Shown piece by piece: positions 11,601 to 24,300 of a stretch of DNA of 64,000 bases. Numbering within the stretch: the stretch's first letter is position 1; the number at the start of each line of letters is the position of its first letter. The stretch lies in the NCBI RefSeq assembly GCF_009914755.1, contig NC_060941.1, one strand, 5' to 3'. Source of the stretch: the human T2T-CHM13v2.0 reference genome, Homo sapiens. The position numbers and the translations under genes were made by a program. The notes beneath the pieces are model-generated. The model ran no database searches. It was not told the origin of the DNA and saw only the letters and a list, made by a program, of their open reading frames with translations.

Positions 11601-13560
11601 TTGTAGGATCTGCAAGTGGATATTTGGACCACTCTGTGGCCTTCGTTCGAAACGGGTACATCTTCACATAAAATCTAGACAGAAGCCTTCTCAGAAACTT
11701 CTCTGTGATGATTGCATTCAACTCACAGATTTGAACCCTCCTATGGATAGAGCAGTGTTGAAACTCTCTTTTTGTGGAATCTGCAAGTGGATATGTGGAC
11801 CTCTCCGAAGATGTCTTTGGAAACGGGAATATCTTCACATAAAAACTAAACAGAAGCATTCTCAGAAACTTCTCTGTGATGTTTGTGTTCAACTCCCAGA
11901 GTTTCACATTGCTTTTCATGGAGTAGTTCTGAAACATAATTTTCGTAGTGTCTGCAAGTGGACATTTGGAGCGCTTTCAGGCCTGTGGTGGAAAACGAAT
12001 TATGGTCCCATAAAAACTGGAGAGAAGCATTGTCAGAAACTTCTTTGTGATGATTGCATTCAACTCACAGAGATGAAGGTTCCTTTACAAACAGCAGTTT
12101 CCAAACACTCTTTCTGTGGAATCTGCAAGTGGATATTTGGACCTCTTTGAAGATTTCGTTGGAAACGGGAGAATCTTCACAGAAAAGCTAAACAGAAGCA
12201 TTCTCAGAAACTTCTTTGTGATGCTTGCATTCAACTCACAGAGTTGAACTTTCCTTTCGAGAGAGAAGCTTTGAAACACTCTTTTTCCAGAATCTGCAAG
12301 TGGACATTTGGAGGGCTTTGAGGCCTGTGGTGGAAAAGGAATTAACTTCCCGTAAAAGCTAGATAGAAGCATTCTCAGAAACTACTTTGTGATGATTGCA
12401 TTCAAGTCTCAGAGTTGAACATTCCCTTTCACAGAGCAGTTTGGAAACTCTCTTTCTGTAGAATCTGCAAGTGGAGATATGGACCGCTTTGAGGCCTATG
12501 GTAGTAAAGGAAATAGCTTTATATAAAAGCTAGACAGTAGCATTCACAGAAAACTCTTGGTGACGACTGAGTTTAACTCACAGAGCTGAACATTCCTTTG
12601 GATGGAGCAGTTTCGAAACACACTATTTGTAGAATGTGCAAGTGGATATTTGGGCCTCTCTGAGGATTTCGTTGGAAACGGGATAAACCGCACAGAACTA
12701 AACAGAAGCATTCTCAGAACCTTCTTCGTGATGTTTGCATTCAACTCACAGTGTTGAACCTTTCTTTGATAGTTCAGGTTTGAAACGGTCTTTCTGTAGA
12801 AACTGCAAGTAGATATTTGGACCTCTCTGAGGATTTCGTTGGAAACGGGATAACCCGCACAGAACTAAAACAGAAGCATTCTCAGAACCCTCTTCGTGAT
12901 GTTTGCATTCAACTCACATTGCTGAACCTTTCTTTGATAGTTCAGCTTTGAAACACTCTTCTTGTAGAAACTGCAAGTGGATATTTTGTCCTCTCTGAGG
13001 ATTTCGTTGGAAACGGGATAAACCGCACAGAACTAAACAGAAGCATTCTCAGAACCTTCTTCGTGATGTCTGCATTCAACTCACAGTGTGGAACCTTTCT
13101 TTGACAGTTCAGGTTTGAAACACTCTTTTTGTAGAAACTGCAAGGGGATAATTGCACTTCTTTGAGGCCTACCGTAGTAAAGGAAATAACTTCCTATAGA
13201 AAGAAGACAGAAGCTTTCTCAGAAAATTCTTTGGGATGATTGAGTGGAACTCACAGAGCTGAACATTCCTTGCGATGTAGCAGTTTAGAAACACACTTTC
13301 TGCAGAATCTGCAAGTGCATATTTGGACCTCTCTGAGGAATTCGTTGGAAACGGGATAATTTCAGCTGACTAAACAGAAGCAGTCTCAGAATCTTCTTTG
13401 TGATGTTTGCATTCAAATCCCAGAGTTCAACTTTCCTTTCAAAGTTCACGTTTGAAACACTCTTTTTGCAGGATCTACAAGTGGATATTTGGACCACTCT
13501 GTGTCCTTCGTTCGAAACGGGTATATCTTCACATGACATCTAGACAGAAGCATTCTCAGA
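2700..13560 (+). repeat. Tandem duplication of a two-HOR block (2 x 5430 bp); ends approximate
   Basis: At least 12 variants shared at exactly 5430 bp offset, e.g. TTTCATTGG 2821/8251, CAAATGG 3981/9411, GAAACATAAT 6501/11931, TTGACAGTTC 7671/13101, CAGAGTTCAA 7991/13421. Confidence 0.88.
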
Positions 13561-16500
13561 AGCTTCTCTGTGATGACTGCATTCAACTCACGGAGTTGAA
13601 CACTCCTTTTGAGAGCGCAGTTTTGAAACTCTCTTTCTGTGGCATCTGCAAGGGGACATGTAGACCTCTTTGAAGATTTCGTTGGAAACGGAATCATCTT
13701 CACATAAAAACTATACAGATGCATTCTCAGGAACTTTTTGGTGATGTTTGTATTCAACTCCCAGAGTTGAACTTTCCTTTGGAAAGAGCAGCTATGAAAC
13801 ACTCTTTTTCTAGAATCTGCAAGTGGACGTTTGGAGGGCTTTGTGGTTTGTGGTGGAAAAGGAAATATCTTCACCTAAATACTAGATAGAAGCATTCTCA
13901 GAAACTACTTTGTGATGATTGCATTCACCTCACAGAGTTGAACATTCCTATTGATAGAGCAGTTTGGAAACACTCTTGTTGTGGAATGTGCAAGTGGAGA
14001 TTTGGAGCGCTTTGAGGCCTATGGTAGTAAAGGGAATAGCTTCATAGAAAAACTAGACAGAAGCATTCTCAGAAAATACTTTGTGATGATTGAGTTTAAC
14101 TCACAGAGCTGAACATTCCTTTGGATGGAGCAGGTTTGAGACACACTTTTTGTAGAATCTACAAGTGGATATTTGGACCTCTCTGAGGATTTCGTTGGAA
14201 ACGCGATAACTGCACCTAACTAAACGGAAGCATTCTCAGAAACTTCTTGGTGATGTTTGCATTCAAATCCCAGAGTTGAACCTTCCTGTGATAGTTCAGG
14301 TTTGAAACACTCTTTTTGTAGGATCTGCAAGTGGATATTTGGACCACTCTGTGGCCTTCGTTCGAAACGGGTACATCTTCACATAAAATCTAGACAGAAG
14401 CCTTCTCAGAAACTTCTCTGTGATGATTGCATTCAACTCACAGATTTGAACCCTCCTATGGATAGAGCAGTGTTGAAACTCTCTTTTTATGGAATCTGCA
14501 AGTGGATATGTGGACCTCTCCGAAGATGTCTTTGGAAACGGGAATATCTTCACATAAAAACTAAACAGAAGCATTCTCAGAAACTTCTCTGTGATGTTTG
14601 TGTTCAACTCCCAGAGTTTCACATTGCTTTTCATAGAGTAGTTCTGAAACATGCTTTTCGTAGTGTCTGCAAGTGGACATTTGGAGCGCTTTCAGGCCTG
14701 TGGTGGAAAACGAATTATGGTCCCATAAAAACTGGAGAGAAGCATTGTCAGAAACTTCTTTGTGATGATTGCATTCAACTCACAGAGATGAAGGTTCCTT
14801 TACAAACAGCAGTTTCCAAACACTCTTTCTGTGGAATCTGCAAGTGGATATTTGGACCTCTTTGAAGATTTCGTTGGAAACGGGAGAATCTTCACAGAAA
14901 AGCTAAACAGAAGCATTCTCAGAAACTTCTTTGTGATGCTTGCATTCAACTCACAGAGTTGAACTTTCCTTTCGAGAGAGAAGCTTTGAAACACTCTTTT
15001 TCCAGAATCTGCAAGTGGACATTTGGAGGGCTTTGAGGCCTGTGGTGGAAAAGGAATTAACTTCCCGTAAAAGCTAGATAGAAGCATTCTCAGAAACTAC
15101 TTTGTGATGATTGCATTCAAGTCACAGAGTTGAACATTCCCTTTGACAGAGCAGTTTGGAAACTCTCTTTCTGTAGAATCTGCAAGTGGAGATATGGACC
15201 GCTTTGAGGCCTATGGTAGTAAAGGAAATAGCTTCATATAAAAGCTAGACAGTAGCATTCACAGAAAACTCTTGGTGACGACTGAGTTTAACTCACAGAG
15301 CTGAACATTCCTTTGGATGGAGCAGTTTCGAAACACACTATTTGTAGAATGTGCAAGTGGATATTTGGGCCTCTCTGAGGATTTCGTTGGAAACGGGATA
15401 AACCGCACAGAACTAAACAGAAGCATTCTCAGAACCTTCTTCGTGATGTTTGCATTCAACTCACAGTGTTGAACCTTTCTTTGATAGTTCAGGTTTGAAA
15501 CGGTCTTTCTGTAGAAACTGCAAGTAGATATTTGGACCTCTCTGAGGATTTCGTTGGAAACGGGATAACCCGCACAGAACTAAAACAGAAGCATTCTCAG
15601 AACCCTCTTCGTGATGTTTGCATTCAACTCACAGTGCTGAATCTTTCTTTGATAGTTCAGCTTTGAAACACTCTTCTTGTAGAAACTGCAAGTGGATATT
15701 TGGTCCTCTCTGAGGATTTCGTTGGAAACGGGATAAACCGCACAGAACTAAACAGAAGCATTCTCAGAACCTTCTTCGTGATGTCTGCATTCAACTCACA
15801 GTGTGGAACCTTTCTTTGATAGTTCAGGTTTGAAACACTCTTTTTGTAGAAACTGCAAGGGGATAATTGCAATTCTTTGAGGCCTACCGTAGTAAAGGAA
15901 ATAACTTCCTATAGAAAGAAGACAGAAGCTTTCTCAGAAAATTCTTTGGGATGATTGAGTGGAACTCACAGAGCTGAACATTCCTTGCGATGTAGCAGTT
16001 TAGAAACACACTTTCTGCAGAATCTGCAAGTGCATATTTGGACCTCTCCGAGGAATTCGTTGGAAACGGGATAATTTCAGCTGACTAAACAGAAGCAGTC
16101 TCAGAATCTTCTTTGTGATGTTTGCATTCAAATCCGAGAGTTGAACTTTCCTTTCAAAGTTCACGTTTGAAACACTCTTTTTGCAGGATCTACAAGTGGA
16201 TATTTGGACCACTCTGTGTCCTTCGTTCGAAACGGGTATATCTTCACATGACATCTAGACAGAAGCATTCTCAGAAGCTTCTCTGTGATGACTGCATTCA
16301 ACTCACGGAGTTGAACACTCCTTTTGAGAGCGCAGTTTTGAAACTCTCTTTCTGTGGCATCTGCAAGGGGACATGTAGACCTCTTTGAAGATTTCGTTGG
16401 AAACGGAATCATCTTCACATAAAAACTATACAGATGCATTCTCAGGAACTTTTTGGTGATGTTTGTATTCAACTCCCAGAGTTGAACTTTCCTTTGGAAA

Positions 16501-18767
16501 GAGCAGCTATGAAACACTCTTTTTCTAGAATCTGCAAGTGGACGTTTGGAGGGCTTTGTGGTTTGTGGTGGAAAAGGAAATATCTTCACCTAAATACTAC
16601 ATAGAAGCATTCTCAGAAACTACTTTGTGATGATTGCATTCACCTCACAGAGTTGAACATTCCTATTGATAGAGCAGTTTGGAAACACTCTTGTTGTGGA
16701 ATGTGCAAGTGGAGATTTGGAGCGCTTTGAGGCCTATGGTAGTAAAGGGAATAGCTTCATAGAAAAACTAGACAGAAGCATTCTCAGAAAATACTTTGTG
16801 ATGATTGAGTTTAACTCACAGAGCTGAACATTCCTTTGGATGGAGCAGGTTTGAGACACACTTTTTGTAGAATCTACAAGTGGATATTTGGACCTCTCTG
16901 AGGATTTCGTTGGAAACGCGATAACTGCACCTAACTAAACGGAAGCATTCTCAGAAACTTCTTGGTGATGTTTGCATTCAAATCACAGAGTTGAACCTTC
17001 CTGTGATAGTTCAGGTTTGAAACACTCTTTTTGTAGGATCTGCAAGTGGATATTTGGACCACTCTGTGGCCTTCGTTCCAAACGGGTACATCTTCACATA
17101 AAATCTAGACAGAAGACTTCTCAGAACCTTCTCTGTGATGATTGCATTCAACTCACAGATTTGAACCCTCCTATGGATAGAACAGTGTTGAAACTCTCTT
17201 TTTGTGGAATCTGCAAGTGGATATGTGGACCTCTCCGAAGATGTCTTTGGAAACGGGAATATCTTCACCTAAAAACTAAACAGAAGCATTCTCAGAAACT
17301 TCTCTGTGATGTTTGTGTTCAACTCCCAGAGTTTCACATTGCTTTTCATAGAGTAGTTCTGAAACATGCTTTTCGTAGTGTCTGCAAGTGGACATTTGGA
17401 GCGCTTTCAGGCCTGTGGTGGAAAACGAATTATGGTCCCATAAAAACTGGAGAGAAGCATTGTCAGAAACTTCTTTGTGATGATTGCATTCAACTCACAG
17501 AGATGAAGGTTCCTTTACAAACAGCAGTTTCCAAACACTCTTTCTGTGGAATCTGCAAGTGGATATTTGGACCTCTTTGAAGATTTCGTTGGAAACGGGA
17601 GAATCTTCACAGAAAAGCTAAACAGAAGCATTCTCAGAAACTTCTTTGTGATGCTTGCATTCAACTCACAGAGTTGAACTTTCCTTTCGAGAGAGAAGCT
17701 TTGAAACACTCTTTTTCCAGAATCTGCAAGTGGACATTTGGAGGACTTTGAGGCCTGTGGTGGAAAAGGAATTAACTTCCCGTAAAAGCTAGATAGAAGC
17801 ATTCTCAGAAACTACTTTGTGATGATTGCATTCAAGTCACAGAGTTGAACATTCCCTTTGACAGAGCAGTTTGGAAACTCTCTTTGTGTAGAATCTGCAA
17901 GTGGAGATATGGACCGCTTTGAGGCCTATGGTAGTAAAGGAAATAGCTTCATATAAAAGCTAGACAGTAGCATTCACAGAAAACTCTTGGTGACGACTGA
18001 GTTTAACTCACAGAGCTGAACATTCCTTTGGATGGAGCAGTTTCGAAACACACTATTTGTAGAATGTGCAAGTGGATATTTGGGCCTCTCTGAGGATTTC
18101 GTTGGAAACGGGATAAACCGCACAGAACTAAACAGAAGCATTCTCAGAACCTTCTTCGTGATGTTTGCATTCAACTCACAGTGTTGAACCTTTCTTTGAT
18201 AGTTCAGGTTTGAAACGGTCTTTCTGTAGAAACTGCAAGTAGATATTTGGACCTCTCTGAGGATTTCGTTGGAAACGGGATAACCCGCACAGAACTAAAA
18301 CAGAAGCATTCTCAGAACCCTCTTCGTGATGTTTGCATTCAACTCACAGTGCTGAATCTTTCTTTGATAGTTCAGCTTTGAAACACTCTTCTTGTAGAAA
18401 CTGCAAGTGGATATTTGGTCCTCTCTGAGGATTTCGTTGGAAACGGGATAAACCGCACAGAACTAAACAGAAGCATTCTCAGAACCTTCTTCGTGATGTC
18501 TGCATTCAACTCACAGTGTGGAACCTTTCTTTGATAGTTCAGGTTTGAAACACTCTTTTTGTAGAAACTGCAAGGGGATAATTGCACTTCTTTGAGGCCT
18601 ACCGTAGTAAAGGAAATAACTTCCTATAGAAAGAAGACACAAGCTTTCTCAGAAAATTCTTTGGGATGATTGAGTGGAACTCACAGAGCTGAACATTCCT
18701 TGCGATGTAGCAGTTTAGAAACACACTTTCTGCAGAATCTGCAAGTGCATATTTGGACCTCTCTGAG

Positions 18768-21314
18768 GAATTCGTTGGAAACGGGATAATTTCAGCTGAC
18801 TAAACAGAAGCAGTCTCAGAATCTTCTTTGTGATGTTTGCATTCAAATCCCAGAGTTGAACTTTCCTTTCAAAGTTCACGTTTGAAACACTCTTTTTGCA
18901 GGATCTACAAGTGGATATTTGGACCACTCTGTGTCCTTCATTCGAAACGGGTATATCTTCACATGACATCTAGACAGAAGCATTCTCAGAAGCTTCTCTG
19001 TGATGACTGCATTCAACTCACGGAGTTGAACACTCCTTTTGAGAGCGCAGTTTTGAAACTCTCTTTCTGTGGCATCTGCAAGGGGACATGTAGACCTCTT
19101 TGAAGATTTCGTTGGAAACGGAATCATCTTCACATAAAAACTATACAGATGCATTCTCAGGAACTTTTTGGTGATGTTTGTATTCAACCCCCAGAGTTGA
19201 ACATTCCTTTGGAAAGAGCAGCTATGAAACACTCTTTTTCTACAATCTGCAAGTGGACGTTTGGAGGGCTTTGTGGTTTGTGGTGGAAAAGGAAATATCT
19301 TCACCTAAATACTAGATAGAAGCATTCTCAGAAACTACTTTGTGATGATTGCATTCACCTCACAGAGTTGAACATTCCTATTGATAGAGCAGTTTGGAAA
19401 CACTCTTGTTGTGGAATGTGCAAGTGGAGATTTGGAGCGCTTTGAGGCCTATGGTAGTAAAGGGAATAGCTTCATAGAAAAACTAGACAGAAGCATTCTC
19501 AGAAAATACTTTGTGATGATTGAGTTTAACTCACAGAGCTGAACATTCCTTTGGATGGAGCAGGTTTGAGACACACTTTTTGTAGAATCTACAAGTGGAT
19601 ATTTGGACCTCTCTGAGGATTTCGTTGGAAACGCGATAACTGCACCTAACTAAACGGAAGCATTCTCAGAAACTTCTTGGTGATGTTTGCATTCAAATCC
19701 CAGAGTTGAACCTTCCTGTGATAGTTCAGGTTTGAAACACTCTTTTTGTAGGATCTGCAAGTGGATATTTGGACCACTCTGTGGCCTTCGTTCCAAACGG
19801 GTACATCTTCACATAAAATCTAGACAGAAGACTTCTCAGAACCTTCTCTGTGATGATTGCATTCAACTCACAGATTTGAACCCTCCTATGGATAGAACAG
19901 TGTTGAAACCCTCTTTTTGTGGAATCTGCAAGTGGATATGTGGACCTCTCCGAAGATGTCTTTGGAAACGGGAATATCTTCACCTAAAAACTAAACAGAA
20001 GCATTCTCAGAAACTTCTCTGTGATGTTTGTGTTCAACTCCCAGAGTTTCACATTGCTTTTCATAGAGTAGTTCTGAAACATGCTTTTCGTAGTGTCTGC
20101 AAGTGGACATTTGGAGCGCTTTCAGGCCTGTGGTGGAAAACGAATTATGGTCCCATAAAAACTGGAGAGAAGCATTGTCAGAAACTTCTTTGTGATGATT
20201 GCATTCAACTCACAGAGATGAAGGTTCCTTTACAAACAGCAGTTTCCAAACACTCTTTCTGTGGAATCTGCAAGTGGATATTTGGACCTCTTTGAAGATT
20301 TCGTTGGAAACGGGAGAATCTTCACAGAAAAGCTAAACAGAAGCATTCTCAGAAACTTCTTTGTGATGCTTGCATTCAACTCACAGAGTTGAACTTTCCT
20401 TTCGAGAGAGAAGCTTTGAAACACTCTTTTTCCAGAATCTGCAAGTGGACATTTGGAGGGCTTTGAGGCCTGTGGTGGAAAAGGAATTAACTTCCCGTAA
20501 AAGCTAGATAGAAGCATTCTCAGAAACTACTTTGTGATGATTGCATTCAAGTCACAGAGTTGAACATTCCCTTTGACAGAGCAGTTTGGAAACTCTCTTT
20601 GTGTAGAATCTGCAAGTGGAGATATGGACCGCTTTGAGGCCTATGGTAGTAAAGGAAATAGCTTCATATAAAAGCTAGACAGTAGCATTCACAGAAAACT
20701 CTTGGTGACGACTGAGTTTAACTCACAGAGCTGAACATTCCTTTGGATGGAGCAGTTTCGAAACACACTATTTGTAGAATGTGCAAGTGGATATTTGGGC
20801 CTCTCTGAGGATTTCGTTGGAAACGGGATAAACCGCACAGAACTAAACAGAAGCATTCTCAGAACCTTCTTCGTGATGTTTGCATTCAACTCACAGTGTT
20901 GAACCTTTCTTTGATAGTTCAGGTTTGAAACGGTCTTTCTGTAGAAACTGCAAGTAGATATTTGGACCTCTCTGAGGATTTCGTTGGAAACGGGATAACC
21001 CGCACAGAACTAAACAGAAGCATTCTCAGAACCTTCTTCGTGATGTCTGCATTCAACTCACAGTGTGGAACCTTTCTTTGATAGTTCAGGTTTGAAACAC
21101 TCTTTTTGTAGAAACTGCAAGGGGATAATTGCACTTCTTTGAGGCCTACCGTAGTAAAGGAAATAACTTCCTATAGAAAGAAGACAGAAGCTTTCTCAGA
21201 AAATTCTTTGGGATGATTGAGTGGAACTCACAGAGCTGAACATTCCTTGCGATGTAGCAGTTTAGAAACACACTTTCTGCAGAATCTGCAAGTGCATATT
21301 TGGACCTCTCCGAG
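18768..21314 (+). repeat. 15-mer HOR variant (2547 bp; 168-bp deletion of one triplicated monomer)
   Basis: EcoRI spacing 18768 to 21315 is 2547 bp. Hybrid junction GGATAACCCGCACAGAACTAAACAGAAG at ~20993-21020 joins m11 directly to m13. Confidence 0.95.
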
Positions 21315-24300
21315 GAATTCGTTGGAAACGGGATAATTTCAGCTGACTAAACAGAAGCAGTCTCAGAATCTTCTTTGTGATGTTTGCATTCAAATCCCAG
21401 AGTTGAACTTTCCTTTCAAAGTTCACGTTTGAAACACTCTTTTTGCAGGATCTACAAGTGGATATTTGGACCACTCTGTGTCCTTCGTTCGAAACGGGTA
21501 TATCTTCACATGACATCTAGACAGAAGCATTCTCAGAAGCTTCTCTGTGATGACTGCATTCAACTCACGGAGTTGAACACTCCTTTTGAGAGCGCAGTTT
21601 TGAAACTCTCTTTCTGTGGCATCTGCAAGGGGACATGTAGACCTCTTTGAAGATTTCGTTGGAAACGGAATCATCTTCACATAAAAACTATACAGATGCA
21701 TTCTCAGGAACTTTTTGGTGATGTTTGTATTCAACTCCCAGAGTTGAACTTTCCTTTGGAAAGAGCAGCTATGAAACACTCTTTTTCTAGAATCTGCAAG
21801 TGGACGTTTGGAGGGCTTTGTGGTTTGTGGTGGAAAAGGAAATATCTTCACCTAAATACTAGATAGAAGCATTCTCAGAAACTACTTTGTGATGATTGCA
21901 TTCACCTCACAGAGTTGAACATTCCTATTGATAGAGCAGTTTGGAAACACTCTTGTTGTGGAATGTGCAAGTGGAGATTTGGAGCGCTTTGAGGCCTATG
22001 GTAGTAAAGGGAATAGCTTCATAGAAAAACTAGACAGAAGCATTCTCAGAAAATACTTTGTGATGATTGAGTTTAACTCACAGAGCTGAACATTCCTTTG
22101 GATGGAGCAGGTTTGAGACACACTTTTTGTAGAATCTACAAGTGGATATTTGGACCTCTCTGAGGATTTCGTTGGAAACGCGATAACTGCACCTAACTAA
22201 ACGGAAGCATTCTCAGAAACTTCTTGGTGATGTTTGCATTCAAATCCCAGAGTTGAACCTTCCTGTGATAGTTCAGGTTTGAAACACTCTTTTTGTAGGA
22301 TCTGCAAGTGGATATTTGGACCACTCTGTGGCCTTCGTTCCAAACGGGTACATCTTCACATAAAATCTAGACAGAAGACTTCTCAGAACCTTCTCTGTGA
22401 TGATTGCATTCAACTCACAGATTTGAACCCTCCTATGGATAGAACAGTGTTGAAACTCTCTTTTTGTGGAATCTGCAAGTGGATATGTGGACCTCTCCGA
22501 AGATGTCTTTGGAAACGGGAATATCTTCACCTAAAAACTAAACAGAAGCATTCTCAGAAACTTCTCTGTGATGTTTGTGTTCAACTCCCAGAGTTTCACA
22601 TTGCTTTTCATAGAGTAGTTCTGAAACATGCTTTTCGTAGTGTCTGCAAGTGGACATTTGGAGCGCTTTCAGGCCTGTGGTGGAAAACGAATTATGGTCC
22701 CATAAAAACTGGAGAGAAGCATTGTCAGAAACTTCTTTGTGATGATTGCATTCAACTCACAGAGATGAAGGTTCCTTTACAAACAGCAGTTTCCAAACAC
22801 TCTTTCTGTGGAATCTGCAAGTGGATATTTGGACCTCTTTGAAGATTTCGTTGGAAACGGGAGAATCTTCACAGAAAAGCTAAACAGAAGCATTCTCAGA
22901 AACTTCTTTGTGATGCTTGCATTCAACTCACAGAGTTGAACTTTCCTTTCGAGAGAGAAGCTTTGAAACACTCTTTTTCCAGAATCTGCAAGTGGACATT
23001 TGGAGGAATTTGAGGCCTGTGGTGGAAAAGGAATTAACTTCCCGTAAAAGCTAGATAGAAGCATTCTCAGAAACTACTTTGTGATGATTGCATTCAAGTC
23101 ACAGAGTTGAACATTCCCTTTGACAGAGCAGTTTGGAAACTCTCTTTGTGTAGAATCTGCAAGTGGAGATATGGACCGCTTTGAGGCCTATGGTAGTAAA
23201 GGAAATAGCTTCATATAAAAGCTAGACAGTAGCATTCACAGAAAACTCTTGGTGACGACTGAGTTTAACTCACAGAGCTGAACATTCCTTTGGATGGAGC
23301 AGTTTCGAAACACACTATTTGTAGAATGTGCAAGTGGATATTTGGGCCTCTCTGAGGATTTCGTTGGAAACGGGATAAACCGCACAGAACTAAACAGAAG
23401 CATTCTCAGAACCTTCTTCGTGATGTTTGCATTCAACTCACAGTGTTGAACCTTTCTTTGATAGTTCAGGTTTGAAACGGTCTTTCTGTAGAAACTGCAA
23501 GTAGATATTTGGACCTCTCTGAGGATTTCGTTGGAAACGGGATAACCCGCACAGAACTAAAACAGAAGCATTCTCAGAACCCTCTTCGTGATGTTTGCAT
23601 TCAACTCACAGTGCTGAATCTTTCTTTGATAGTTCAGCTTTGAAACACTCTTCTTGTAGAAACTGCAAGTGGATATTTGGTCCTCTCTGAGGATTTCGTT
23701 GGAAACGGGATAAACCGCACAGAACTAAACAGAAGCATTCTCAGAACCTTCTTCGTGATGTCTGCATTCAACTCACAGTGTGGAACCTTTCTTTGATAGT
23801 TCAGGTTTGAAACACTCTTTTTGTAGAAACTGCAAGGGGATAATTGCACTTCTTTGAGGCCTACCGTAGTAAAGGAAATAACTTCCTATAGAAAGAAGAC
23901 ACAAGCTTTCTCAGAAAATTCTTTGGGATGATTGAGTGGAACTCACAGAGCTGAACATTCCTTGCGATGTAGCAGTTTAGAAACACACTTTCTGCAGAAT
24001 CTGCAAGTGCATATTTGGACCTCTCTGAGGAATTCGTTGGAAACGGGATAATTTCAGCTGACTAAACAGAAGCAGTCTCAGAATCTTCTTTGTGATGTTT
24101 GCATTCAAATCCCAGAGTTGAACTTTCCTTTCAAAGTTTACGTTTGAAACACTCTTTTTGCAGGATCTACAAGTGGATATTTGGACCACTCTGTGTCCTT
24201 CGTTCGAAACGGGTATATCTTCACATGACATCTAGACAGAAGCATTCTCAGAAGCTTCTCTGTGATGACTGCATTCAACTCACGGAGTTGAACACTCCTT

